From Eledone cirrhosa (taxonomy: Eukaryota): a stretch of DNA of 64,000 nucleotides. A program made the translations under genes and the position numbers. Where the stretch lies: assembly GCA_964016885.1 (NCBI GenBank), contig OZ024745.1:48732001-48796000 (forward strand). The letters run 5' to 3'. Positions 27,478 through 42,152 of the stretch are shown piece by piece. Every line of letters starts with the position of its first letter. The first letter of the stretch is position 1. Below the pieces are notes generated by a model that was given only the letters and a program-made list of their open reading frames with translations, was not told where the DNA came from and searched no databases.

Positions 27478-30400
27478 CTCACTACATGCAAATAGAGGTA
27501 TATGTTTGCCCTTGCTATATATATATATAATTATTATCATCATGGCAGTATCGGTAGAGGGTCGGACGCCATGCTTCCCACCATAGTTACGTCCCTTTAC
27601 GATCTGAGTTCAAATCCCGCCGAGGTTGACTTTGCCTTTCATCCTTACGGGGTCGATAAAATAAAGTACCAGTAATACACTGGGCTAATTGCTGGCCTTG
27701 TGCCTAAAGTAGAAACAATTATTATCATCACAGTTCCATGTCTATTATGTCTATTTATCCATTTTTGCATGAGTTAGATGGGCAGTCCCATTATGAAGCC
27801 AGACAGGTCAGGTGACCATGTCTTTCTCATCCAATCCATTTTGATTTGTTTTTTTTTTATGGCTGGATGATCTTTTTATGCTAACTGGAGTTGATTTGGA
27901 TGCTATTTAAACTATCACCTGTGTGACCACTTTACAGAGTGAGCTGGGTGGGGTTTTTTTAGTGGTCCAAGTCGACCACCTGAAAGAATGGACTGGTTGC
28001 TTTTTGTCCTTCCTTTCAGTTTCTGTCAACCAAATTCACTCACATGGTATTGGTCAACCCAATGCCATAGTAAAAGATACTTACCCAAAGTGCCATGTTG
28101 TGAGATAGAACCCAAGACAACATGGTTTGTGAAATAAACTTCTTAACCACACAGCCATAGGTTTACTTTATGCATTACATATATATATTTGCTGGGCCTC
28201 TAAGAGACATTTTTAGGGGAGAACAAACTGCGTTTGAGCCCCAGCATAGGAGCTGGAGGTCTACTCCACAAATTCAAGGAGGCTGAAAGATATTATTGAG
28301 GAAGGAGGTGTAAAATATTCACAGAACTATCCTTGGTACTCTGGGCCTTGGACTGATGTACTGGCTTAACCATTCTTTTATTGGTCCAATATACTTGTAA
28401 CAATTACATCAGTGAAAACTTATTATAACCATTCAAAAAACATACAAAGACTGTTTGTATTCCTTCTTCATTCATTTTATGGTTCAAAGGGAACAATTAC
28501 AGTGAAAATTTGGTCTATAAATAGAAATTAAATGTAACATTTTCATCGGTGTTATTTCATCCATGATGTAATAACTTCAGTTTCAAGATACTTTCAAATC
28601 AAGTTATTTGCCAAACAAGAACTACTCTGAAATATATATTTGTATTTTCAAATTGAGTTTTAAATACTTATGTTTTCAGTAGATTGTTTTTTGAGATAGT
28701 CCAAATTGTCCAGTTATTTGTGAGATTATATAATTTTAAAATTTATCCAGATTCTAAATATAAGTTGATATGATCAAGGGAAGATAGTGAGATTTCATGC
28801 TATTGAATTCTTAAAATAAATTTTAAAATATTAACAGAAACATGACACTTAAACAAAAGGATTTTGTTAATTATACTTAAATTATACTTAAATGGTATAT
28901 TTTACCCCTATATCAAGGCTTCAGTTTACATTATATATCACAGAATGGAGTGCTTTTATTGACTTAGTTATGATTAATTTGTAAAAGGAGCTGAGTTCAA
29001 AGACATCAGGCAATACATGCAGAAAATATTACATTTGTACATATCATGCTGGTAGGTTGCAGGAACCTACCTGCACTATATCATCATTATCCTCGTAATT
29101 ATCATTATCATCATCACCATCCATTCTTCCATGGCAAATACTCTGAAAAGTTGACGGTTTAAAATGTTCTATGATTTTTCTTTTAAGTAAAATATATGAT
29201 TAATACCATTAAAAGAATTTTAAAAATACAGTGTCATAATTATGGGTAGTGTAACTTTTTCTTATTACATAAGATTATAATTTTTCCAATTATTAACCTT
29301 GTTTTAGAGACAAAATATTTTATAGTATTTACATCTTGACACTATATTTTGATCAATTTAACCAAATCCAGTTTGATACTATGACACTTGATAACAGTTT
29401 GAATTCCCAACTGATCAAAATATATTGTAGATGTAAATATATTTTTAAAAAACCTTCATCTCTCAAGATAGGGTTAATAATCTGAACAATTCTAATCATA
29501 TTAAAAACAATGTTTAGCCATTTCACATTATATGTTTTATAAATATTACAGATGATGTACCAAAAGAAATTTTAAAAAAAAGTTTGTAATTTCACTTCAC
29601 CACAATTGTTGTATGTTTAAAGAGAAATTAGAAACACTGAAATAAAATAATATTTAAAATAAAATAAAATAACATTTTATTTTAAATATTATCTTTGTTT
29701 TTAAAATATGAAAAGCAATTTTAAACACTCTGTTCTTTACAATATTTTGTTGCACAGATTTAATAAAACAGGACTCTGATTTTTACTATATTAGGTTCTA
29801 CTGGCAAATTACTTAAATATTTATTTAATCTATAATTCATTGTGTGAAAAATTAATATTTTTAATGGCATGCATACAGATTTGGTTTACTTTCTATGCAT
29901 GACATATTTTATGAGGTTTCTACGCCCTGAAATTTCTTGAAGAATTCATTTATTGCTTCTAAAATGAATTTCACTTGTTCTTGTTTGACTAACTGGTACT
30001 TTACTGTAGCTGATTTCAGTTCAATATCTACAATTTCCTCTTTAACACTTGCATTCTTTAGTCTTCTAGATATATAAGATATTTTATAAATTCATTGCCT
30101 CCCATCACTCCCCCAAAAATTAATTAACTTTGTTATTTGTGGATTGAATCACATTTGTTATAAGTGTAGTGATATTTCAGACATGTTTATTAATGAATAA
30201 ATTAAGCTAAGACGGCAAATGGGCAATTAGATTAAATATCTCATGATGTTCGTTTTAGCTGTTTGCATTCTGAGTTCAAATCCAGCTGAGATTAACTTTA
30301 TCTAACATCCTTTTTGTGTTCAGTAAATAAAATACCAGTTCACGACACTGAACTGTTATTAGTGTTGCAGTATCACTTTCATCCCTTTGTCTGTGACAGC

Positions 30401-33400
30401 ACTGGAGCCAAGCTATATTGGCTTTTGTCTTTCCCTTGGACAGCACCATGGTGTGGAGTGAGAAGTTTTGCATGCATTGGTGAAAGCATATCTTCCATAA
30501 AAATATGTATCCGGGCTTGCCCCTTGGAGAGGAACTTTCCATGTGTAGATCCAAGATCTCATTAGACATATAGTAGCCCCAAATTTGAGCTTAAACTACA
30601 ACATTGTTTTGCTTCTGAAAACTTTAAATATTTTAAACGTTAACTGTATAAGTCTCACCAGTTTCAGACAGCCTGAAAAGGACAAAGACAAAGCCCTTTC
30701 TTCCTGACCAAACCATTAGAACATTTTTTTAAATGTATTTTCTGAGGGACATAGGTATAGCCCTTTCTTTGACTAAACCATTTTAAGAATACTGCATTTC
30801 CTGACAAAAGACATTCCAGCCTTGAAGATTTTTGATACCATAGCCCTTTCTTCTAGACCAAACCATTGGAACATTTTTTAAATGCTGTATTTTCTAACAT
30901 ACAAGATGTTCCAGCTGGGAAGACATACCTCAATTTTGATGGTATAATCCTTTCTTTTAGACCAAATTATGGTTTCAAGTACTTTCGCATACTGATGCAA
31001 AATGTTTTGTTAGTGGTTAAAAGGTGTATAAATCCTGTTAATCACTACATTTTATTTTTATCTAATTTTACATATTGAAGTTTTACTTCTTTTATTACTT
31101 GATAATCATCTCTGGGTTGTTGGAAGAGAAGTGACAGTAAAATGAATATACATGTAAATTACTACTAATCAGTTGGCTCCTCAACTGTCAATAAAGGAAT
31201 GAATTTTTGAGATAATGTGTATGTTAAAGAGGTGGCAAATTGGCAGAGTCTTTAGAACATAAGATACTCTAAAGTATTCATTTTGGATCACTGTACTTCA
31301 ACTTCAAAATCTGCTAATGTCAACTATGCCTTTCATTCTTTTGAGATCAATAAAATAAGTCTCAGTCTGGGATTGATTATTCCTCTATATCTCTCTCCTA
31401 GTACCTCTCTATCACACACACTCTATCTCTCTCTTCTTCTCTGGAAGAAATTGGCTGTGTTCAGACTTGGAGAGAGATGGGCTCTACCAGGTTTTAAAAG
31501 CCCAAACTATATGTCAATATGACATCCATACAACTCCACCAGGAGTTATTGGTTTATATTTTAAAACATTTTAAAAAAATAATTTTTGTTTATTTCCTAT
31601 CTTTACTAAGTATAATTTATACACTTCATTCAGGGGCCATGTACAGGAGTTCAAATTACCAATTACTATCTGACATAGATAAACTCTCATCCTGTAAGAT
31701 GCATAGTAAGTTTTGGTTAGAACCTTCTTAAGAACTTCACAATTTATTGAATCAAATGATTTAGTGAAGTCATAGAAAGCCATGTGCAACAGCTTATGTT
31801 GCTCAGAGTATTTCTCCTACAACTAGTGAGTATAAAAGATTATACAATCATGTCCCTTGAAGATCAATAACCAGATTAAGATTTCTGTGGGTGTGTCTCT
31901 GATAATATTATGAATCACTTGAGCAGGATTCCAGCCAGAATTTTTCCAGCTAAACAACTGAATTTATGGCATATAATGTGTATATTATACTCACTTTCCT
32001 ATACAATTTTAAAAACTAGACAAGTGATAAGAGACATCATAAGCTGCTGGAAATATACCACAAGAGCTGTATGAGCAAAATCATGCACCAAGGCTAAAGA
32101 AATGTAAACATTTCGGCATGCTTGAACAAATTACCCTTACAGAGTGGGCTGGGTACTTTTTTCATGGCACCAGAATTTTCACCTTACAGGATGGATTTGG
32201 TGTTTTCTTTTTCATGGCACCTTCACACAGTGTGGAGTGGGTGCTTTTTTATGGCACTGCCTTACAAGGTGGACTTGGTGCTCTTTTTCATGACACTAGC
32301 ACTATCACCTTACAAAATGGACTGGATAATTTGGGGGTGGGTAAACCAGTATAACCCTCTTATGGTGTAAATGCTTTTTTTTATGGCACTAACACCAAGC
32401 AAAACCATCAATTATTTTACTCCTAGTTGAATGAAGGAAAATGAACCATGTAGGACAAAAGGAGAGGTTCAAAGTTGTACTTAAAAATAATTTTTAAAAT
32501 GTGATGCCTTAAAGTGTATAAGAGTGAATCATTGGCTAATATTTCACACAATTGAAGACAAATCTATGATAGTGATCATCACTTTGAAATAGCATGAACA
32601 AAACAGCTCAATGATAAACATGTATGTAGAAAGCAGTATGAAGCAATCAATGCATTGCCTTTTCTCCCATGAGACAACAAATACCTGATTTGTGATTAGA
32701 TTTGTGGATCCTTAATTGGTCTCCATAGTCAAATGCAGATCCACAGAAATTAAATCTGATAGGCAATCATCCTTAACCCTGAAAGATTGCTACCTATAAT
32801 ATATGTGGTTGCATTTATATTAGACAAAAATGTTATATCTAATCATCATCATCATTATTTCACATCCATTTTTCCTGCTAGCAAGAGTTGAATGTATGAT
32901 CACAAGCTGATCCATTCTCAAGCAGAGCCTTGGACCTCCAGATGAGCCATGGCTCAGTGTATGATCCTATGCTCTACTGAGTGCATTTTATCATGACATC
33001 AACTCTAATGAAGTTATGTCCTTGAAACAGCTGTAGCAATGAGTTGCCACATCACTGGTGCCAAGCTGTTCCAGCATTTCAAATTTCAAATCATCCAAGC
33101 GCCTCCATAAATCATCAAAAAAATATATGATAACATCGCCTAGGCTTGTATAATGATAGCATATTTAGTTGTATAGTAAATATATTATAGTGAAGGTGTA
33201 TGACCTTGTGGTTAGGGTATTGGGCTCACATTTGTAAGGTTGTAGGTACAATTCCTGGACTGGGTTGCATGTTGTATCCTTGAGCAAAACACTTCATTTC
33301 TTATTGCTCCAGTTGATAAAAATGAGTATCAGCAACAGTTGGGAGTTAACTCTGTGATGAACTAGCTTGTTCTTTCAGTCACTTAATGCAAATGAAACCA

Positions 33401-36400
33401 GAATAAACTTCAACCTGACGAGCATCTGGAATGTGGAAGACTAACTCTTTTTAATATAATGATACACTCATTATAAGATTACTTGCATGTTCCATCATGT
33501 CTCCATACACTCTCTTTTTCCCATCATACACTTTCTCCCTTATTTAAATATAAACAATTAAATATATTATTACTCCCCACACTCAGTTTCTCCTGTCATA
33601 CTCCCTCTCCCTTATTTAAATATAAACAAATAATCCCCTTACATTTTGTTTCTTCAATCATACTCATTTTCCCTTTTTAGATATAAACAAATAATTAAAT
33701 CTAGTAATTAGCTCAATTTTATTTTGTATCATTTAACCTTTTTAATTTTTTTTTTTCTTTGTAAATGAAATAAGAAAGTTATTCTTCCCAAATACCTTAA
33801 CATCTAAAGATTTGTATTCTGCCCTTTGTTCAGTTATTTTGTTAATATTTAGTTGTTAACCTAAAGTATTAGATGTAACTAAGTTATCAACGTATTTGAT
33901 TCATTTAACCCTTTTGATACCAGCCCGTCTAAAACTGCCTCTTGTTCTAGGAAGCAAAACAACCCATTTTAAAGGGTTCCTATTTAAATTAAAATCTTCT
34001 TGGATATACAAACCTCTTGTAATGTTACAAATACCATCATGGTAATGACTTAATTATTTTAGTAAGTCCCTCCAAGTTCTTCCATAATTAATTCAAATAT
34101 TATGTATTTCATTATAAATATGGTAACGAAAGGGTTAACTAATGTTCATATTTCATGTGAATCAAAAAAATTATCAATCTGGAAAATGTTTTTATTTTTT
34201 TTCTTGTTAAAGCGTCACAAACCGGAACCGAGGAAAAACCTCATTATCATCTATTAAGAGAAATTATGCGAAGAAAAAACCCAAAGTAGTTGAAGATGTT
34301 GAGAAAACAAGAGGCAACCTATCACTCAATATGGCTGAATTTTTCCTCTTCTTCCTTGGTTTCATGTTGACATCATGCAAAGAGAACAACAATTTGGAAG
34401 AGAAAATCTTCTCCATTGTATCGCGGTCCAATTTGGGAATTTAAATCCAAAACTTGACCAAAATTATTCACCCTAAATAAACTAAATTAACTAGAAGAAA
34501 TATGTTTTAATGACCTTACCAATGTTAAACTGAAGTATATGAATATATATAGAAGTCTTATATCAAAATAATGAAACAAATTTACTGCAAGGAAAATGTC
34601 AACATGAATAATTTTTTAATATTTTTTTTTAGAAAATATGTGTTGCTTAAAAGATTTTCTTATTATCAGCTTAAATAAATTTATTCCCCTTTACCAAATT
34701 GGCTTTTTAAAAACAAAAAAACAAAAAAAAAACTAAAAACCTTACTTCGATAATTATTTATACAAACCAGTCATTTCATAACAATCTTGATATCATAAAT
34801 TTATATTAAATAATCATTATTATAATTACAGTAAGTAGAATAATTAAGATTCTTAATTACTCTCAACAAAATAAAAAATATATGTTAAGAGATAATGTTA
34901 AAGCAAATGTTTTACTAAATATAACAAGAATACATCAATAAAAGAATTAGTTAAAAATACTGCGTTGCAATTACTAATTTCTTCAACCATAATTAAATTT
35001 AATATTTTGTATTTTCTTTCTGCCAATTTCACTATAAAATTGCCTTACAAATATTCTACAAAAAGTTCTCTACTTTTAATCAAGTAAAATACTTATGCAG
35101 TAAAGGTAACAAATATAGTTGACATGTGGATGAAAAGTTTTCACCAAGTCAAGTTTCTTTTTTTTTTTTCATCTGGGATGATCATACATGGTTGATCTAT
35201 GGTGGATAGTAAACCAAGGTTGATCTATGGTGAATAATAAACTATAGGTTGATCTATGGTGAATAGTAAACTATAGGTTGATCTATGGTTGATAGTAAAC
35301 CACAGGTTGTTCTATGGTAAATAAATAGTAAGCTACAGGTTGATCTTTGGTGGATAGTAAACCACAGGTTGATCTATGATGGATGGTAAACTACAGGTTG
35401 ATCTATGGTGAATAATAAACAATGGAATGATCTGTGATGGATTGACTTTTAAACTGTATTGTTTGTTGTGCTTTTGTTATTTATTTAGAACTTGCACCAT
35501 TCAGCTGCAATTAATGATTGTAATTTGGATAGCTATCACATAAAAATTAGCTGTTGATCAAGCCTCTTCAAACTATATCTCTACATAAATAATACTCTGA
35601 TTGTCTCTTTTAAAACATTCCATGAATTCGGATTTGTTTAGCAGATACTAATCAACAGATTCACCCTGCTCAATATTGTTTTTACTGAGAAGGAATCAAT
35701 CTTTTTGGAGATTAGCACTGTTCAGTATCATCCTCATATATCCCTTTATATTTGCTATGACTATTGAATTCACATTTTACAATGTGTTTTGCAGACTGGG
35801 GAGGAGGTTTGAGATGCTAGTAGTTTTTATACTAATATAGACACTAAAATATTTTCATTGACATAAACACTGAAATCTGTTGAAATTATTTCAGTGTTTT
35901 CATTCTCACTTTTATATCTGGCATCTGACACTGATTTTGCTTTAACAGATATAGAATATCTATTATTTATGGGATATTTCAATAGCCTTGACCATTCTAT
36001 ATATCATCGGTCAGTTTTATTTCTCATGAGCACATGATGTTATAGAATCTCTCCTTTTTTTATTTTGACAAACATTAACATCTAAGCAAATATTAAAATG
36101 TCCTCGACTAATTAATAACATTTGTCTATTTTATGACATTTCTATAAATGTTATTTCATGTGTGGTGGTGCAAAATAGTTGCAGCAGTTACATCTTTCCA
36201 TGGCCACAACTAGATGTGTAGGTGGTTAGATGGATATTATTAAACAATTTAATTATTTCATAATTAAATTGTAGTGTAGGGATAATACAATCCATTCTGA
36301 AATGTATTCTCTTATTTTTATCACAAGTAAATCTAATAAAATTGTGTTTTCTATATAATTATAATTTTATTTTGATGTTAGAGGTTTTCTTTAACATTAA

Positions 36401-39400
36401 AAAATAAAATTAACATCGAAAAGTAAAATTTCCAAAACTTCACATGACAAATTTCAGATTACCAGAAATTCTAACCATATTAATTAAAAAAAAACAAAAA
36501 CGATGTAAAAGTTATGAAAACATTCATTTAAAATAAGCATAATATATTATAAAGTAATATCTATTTTATACAGTTTGAAAGGATGATCTTAATATAATTT
36601 GCATTTAATTGTTATTTAATTTAATAAATAATCTCAATCACTTATTTAATACTGTAAAAAGATGAGTAAATTTAAAATTTTGCATGTAAAAATATGTAAG
36701 GAAGGAATATATTTCCATTTGTCTTACTTATGGGTTGATTATTTTATATTTATTATATATCTAGTTTTTTTTTTTTTTGGGGGGGGGGGGGGGGTCAAGC
36801 AGGGAAGGGCTTTACGTATGACCCTTTTTGAGGCCTTGAAGACTGGAGAAAGGGGAAGGGAAATTTGGCCTGAATATTTACAACAGAGTGGATTCTTCTA
36901 AAAGCACCCAAAGGTCAGGTAGTGGTCTTAAACCAGGAAATGGATTAAGTTGTACATCCAAGTAGGCCATAGTGGCATTTGAACTCAGAATGCAAAGAGC
37001 TGGAACAAATTTCACTAAGCATGTTGTCCGATGCTCTATCAATCCATTGCCTTGGACTGACACTTTATTTTGGCTTTAGTTGTGTTGAAGTTATGCATTA
37101 TGTATATAAGGGAAATACATCTGAGCCAACTGTATGGGGAAAATAAGAATTTTTTAAAACCTAGAAGAAAATGTTAGATTCAAAGGGAGAGCAAAATTAA
37201 ACTTACTAAATGAAGTGTTTTACAGTACTGATCTCCAACCTCTTTTCATTATATGAACCCTAAGTATTACTGACAAACTTATAAAGAACTCCTAAACTTG
37301 ATATTTTATTACCCAAACCCCAAGTATTAGTGACAGACTTATAAAGAACCCTTAAACTTGACATTTCACTCCATGAACTCTGAATATTGCTGAGACTTAC
37401 AAAAAGCTTTAAAGTTGATGGAAAGAATATATATGTACACATTTATTTCTTTATTTTTTTAAATATCCCATTTCATAAAATAATAATGTATTAAAGTAGA
37501 AGCTTTAGAATATAAAGGATGTCATAAAAACTGTTAACCTTTACTGACAAACTCTGTAAGAACTTCCTTTTTTTCACAAATCTCCAAAATATTTTTATGA
37601 ACCCTTTGATTTCATATGAGCCCAGATTGGAAACCACTAGTGTGAAGTACTACAACTCATAGAAGATACAATACTATTTAAGGCAGACCACAGTCACAGA
37701 AAATATTCAAAATAGTTTTAGAAATATGGTTCATACAACAGCTGTATATTCCTGGGCAATGTCTTATAATCTAGTGATATTTTAAATGGTGGCTAAATGG
37801 ATTTAACATTTATAACTCAAAGGAATTTTTCAAAAATAATTGCCTTTATTGACAAGCAAAATAATTCAAGCCAATGAGTGCACTTCTGTATAGTCACACA
37901 ACTTGCTAGATATATCTCTCAAATCATATCCCCACATTTCATAAGAAAGGACACAATGGATAATGTAGTCCAAGATACAATATTGATGAAAGAGGACAGG
38001 ATGATCATTACTGGAACATTATAGGTTAAAGGTCTGTTTTATCAGTGCTGACCTGGAGATAAACAACAATCATTTTTGTTTTCTTGATACAAAAGCTATT
38101 CATAAGTAATTGATATAAAAGGATGTTATTGTTTAGTCCCAGCCTGGATACAACACACTTAACATCACACATTTTAATCATGATGCTTTTTTTCTATTCA
38201 GACTATGTAACTAAGACTATCATTAAACATTATGTCCAATATATTTTTACTTTTCTTAATGCAATAGAATGTGATTTAAAGATATTTGGCTGTGATTTTT
38301 AACAGACCAAACAACCAAACAACTGTGTAAAGACTCCCTTGTTGACTCCAGTTAGAAATGTTGAAATATTTGATGTGATATAGTCAGAGAACATGGAATA
38401 AAATCTAACCACAAGCATCAATGAATTTAAAATTTAATTTAATACTTACAAAGAAAAACTCTTGTGGATAACATGATCACCTCCCAGTAGCATGAAATTA
38501 AAAAGCATCAAAATACCTTGTGATGTTTTACTAATGCTTTGAACAATGGCATGTATTCTTTGGAAAGCAAAGTAAGCACAGCTTACCCTATCAAATTTAT
38601 AATTTATTTAATTATCTAATTCCTTTTTTCTGTTCTACTGTTTCATAGACTACTAGACTCATTATCACACTACTTGAATAACAACATAAACGTTTTGGAA
38701 TAATCTAATAAATTTTTAATGGTATAAACTTTTTTTTTAATTTGTTAAAATTTGTTTTGAAAGAGGTCCATCAAATACGTAACTTTCTATTTACTTAATC
38801 AAGTATTTTCTTCCGTGACACACCACTAGTTTTTATATTTACTGTTCTACTAAACTAAACATTTTTTATGTGGAATCAGCAGTAGAAACCTCCTAATATG
38901 CATGCAAACATTAATTCATTATTTCTAGTTAAAAGAAAGAGCTTAAAAAAGTAGTTCTGAGCATTACTAACAATGTTTTTCAACAATCATTTACTCATTA
39001 AATCTCTATTGTGGTACTAATTTGGGTTTCTACAATCATTTACTCATTAAATCTCTATTGTGGTACTAATTTGGGTTTCTACAATCATTTACTCATTAAA
39101 TCTCTATTGTGGTACTAATTTGGGTTTCTACAATCATACATTTGTGCTCTCAAATCTCAGTTTACTAAGCTCAGATTCACACAGGTTACTAAATAGAATT
39201 GTTGCTCTAATAATTACTGGCTCAAACGTGAACACATATGATTGATACTAGAGTTGCAAAATGTTTCTAAGAACCCTATCAACGACGACAGCAAGCATTT
39301 TAAGGCTATATTAGCCTTAAAGACCTCAAGATATGGAGTTCTTTTTGAAGCCCTTCCTGGTTTCAGTCCTTTTAATCACCTTTTCCAGCACACAAGGATA

Positions 39401-42109
39401 TTGTGTACCTATTCTAAACTGGATGCATGCAGTAAATGGCCCATCATATCATTACAGTTATTTCATGACATTTCAAGTAAAGAGTTTATTTCCACAACAG
39501 AGCAATGTTATATTATAATCCCAAGTAACTACATCAGGTAGAATATATTATGCAATCCCAGGTAACAACATCAGGTATTATGTATTATATAATTCCAGGT
39601 AACAAAATCTCAGATAACATCAGGTTTGATATATTTGATATATAACCCCAGGTGGGATATCCTTTACTTTATTTCTTGTCTACGTTTTCAGAGTTCCTGG
39701 ATATTCCTATGCTTCATCAATTTTGATATTTCCATCTATATTAATTACCACTGGCATCTGTTTCCAGATTATATTTTTGTATGTATGTGTGTGTTTGTCT
39801 CTGCCCATGTTTTTTATGTTTACACCACTTAAACAACCAATGCTTTTTGTTTATGTCCTGTATCTTATCAGCTCAACAATAAGTGTAATAAGTAAAGGTT
39901 GGCATTAGGAAAGGCATCTGGTCATAAAGAACTGGCTCAAAACGTTTCGTGTAACCCGTGCCCTTTTGGAAAAGAGGATGTAAAAATCTTGATGATGATG
40001 AATTTTATAATACCCACCTCATTTTTCATTGAGTGTTAATGTGAAATAATTTTGCCATAAATTTTCTATCATGAAGTTCTGTTTTGAATTTGTGAACACA
40101 ACCGATTATTTCCAAAGAGAGAAGGAAAGTAAGAAAAAATAAGAATCAACCCTAACACTTCACTGTTACTCTATTTAACAACTACAAGAGGATTAAAAAT
40201 CAACTTTGGTGAGATTCGGATTTAGAATGCAGAAAGCTGGAACAAATACTGCAAGACCATCTATCTGATAGTCTAATGACTCTCCCAATTCACAACCCAT
40301 TCATAATCTATGACTATATCATACACCATTGAATGACATCGCATCATGAGGCACAAATGTTCCAGGAAGCTAATTTCAAGTTTTTCACATGCTTTATTTT
40401 GTTCGTTTTGGAAAAATTGCTTTGTGGCAATTTAGAATTCTGTAATATTTTTCCTGTGTATTTTGTTAGCTATTATAAATCTGACTAAAAACACAGAGTT
40501 AAGAAATTTTTTAAATGCCTTCTGAGATCCTTCATTCTGCAATATTGTGGCTTTGGAAATTCCAGAACTTTTGAAACTATAACCTGTTGGTAATCCCTGA
40601 AGTATAAAATCTATGTACAGCAAGCTCTATTATACGCTTCAAGTCTCAACAATATTGCCACCGGAAATAAAGTACAAATCTCAGACCATAAGAACAGCTT
40701 GTCTTTAGAGGTCCCTCCTAAACTATGTTTTTCTTCAACTTTTGATCTTCAAAAATTCAAACCAATAATTAACTGGATTAACCTTATGTAACTGCTGGTC
40801 ACTCAAAACCTTATCCAACTGTTCCTATTAACCACTGAATGTTAACATGGAAATTCAACAGATACTACATTACTTTAAATATCAACTACGACTGGAACTT
40901 TTAAGTTATTAGCATCTAACTATCAATACCAAGCTTGTCAATAATCTCACACAACAACCAACAGTGAAATGGATCATAATTTGAAGGATTACAAAATAAT
41001 GTAAAACAACACTGCAGCCAGAAACTTTCCTAGAGTTGATGCTATTCTTGTTGATATTTTCAAATAGGATGAACATTCCCCATCAATAAAATTGAATTAT
41101 GTCATTGTTAACACATAAACAACAAGAAGCATCTGACAAAAGAAATCTTATAAATACCCACTGGGGATGTCTTAAAGGTGTTTATAAAAAGAGCACAAAT
41201 TGTACTTTTAGAAGATGCAAAATTTATGGTAAACAAAGTTTAAGTAACATTTCCTTTGTGGATTTTTATGGCTGAGGTAATGACATTGATCCTTCAACCT
41301 CATGGAAGAAGAGAAATCTGAAGGCTCTATACGTTTGATATTAACTTTTATATCATTTCATAACTTCTAACAATGAATGTAATTTAAATCTTTTCTTTCA
41401 CAGAGGAGAGTTTGGGATGCTTTAAAACATTTATGTCTTTAGTATATTGTTTCTTGAGTTTGTAAGCAATGAAAACAGTCTTACATCTATAGTTCAAAAT
41501 CAGAATAAATTAGTTTGCTGTGAGAAAGTCTAACATTTTGGGCTTTACTTTTCACAGGAGGGATGTTTTCTGATAGTACTGGATGAACAGATGAGGATTA
41601 GAGAAAGAGAAAGATGAAAAATAAGGGAGGGGAAGTTACAAAGCAAAATAAATGTTGGTCAGGGTAAAATGGAAAGATAATCAACATGAAGGCTGGCAAA
41701 TTTGAAAAACGAGGAACAGAAAGAATAAAAACCTGGGTTAAGGGAAGACAACTAGGAGATGGCTAAGTTGAAAAAAGAAAGGGAGATAATTAAGGTCATG
41801 TGACAGGAAGAGAAAATATAATGGGTATTGTCAACTTTCAAAAATCATTCGTCTCATTAAGATCAAGTAAAAAGCTTCTAACATTACATTTTAACTTCTA
41901 TGCAAGTCTTCTTTGTTTGGTACATTGGTTATAGTTTGTTTATCAGCATCTATTTTTAAGCTCCAGAGGTGATGACAACAAAGCCACATAATTTTCTGTT
42001 CCTCAGAGATTTTATGTGTCTTACTCTCTGGGCAAGGTACTATTTAATGAGCTATAGAAGATTTACAATTGAAACTTGAGGGCTACAAAAGTATCAGTTA
42101 CACACACAA

Positions 42110-42152
<43 letters not shown>

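Noticed and set aside
35189-35440. Regular ~29-bp repeats resembling a CRISPR array
   Set aside because: Head-to-tail units without unique spacers, no cas genes, eukaryotic intron
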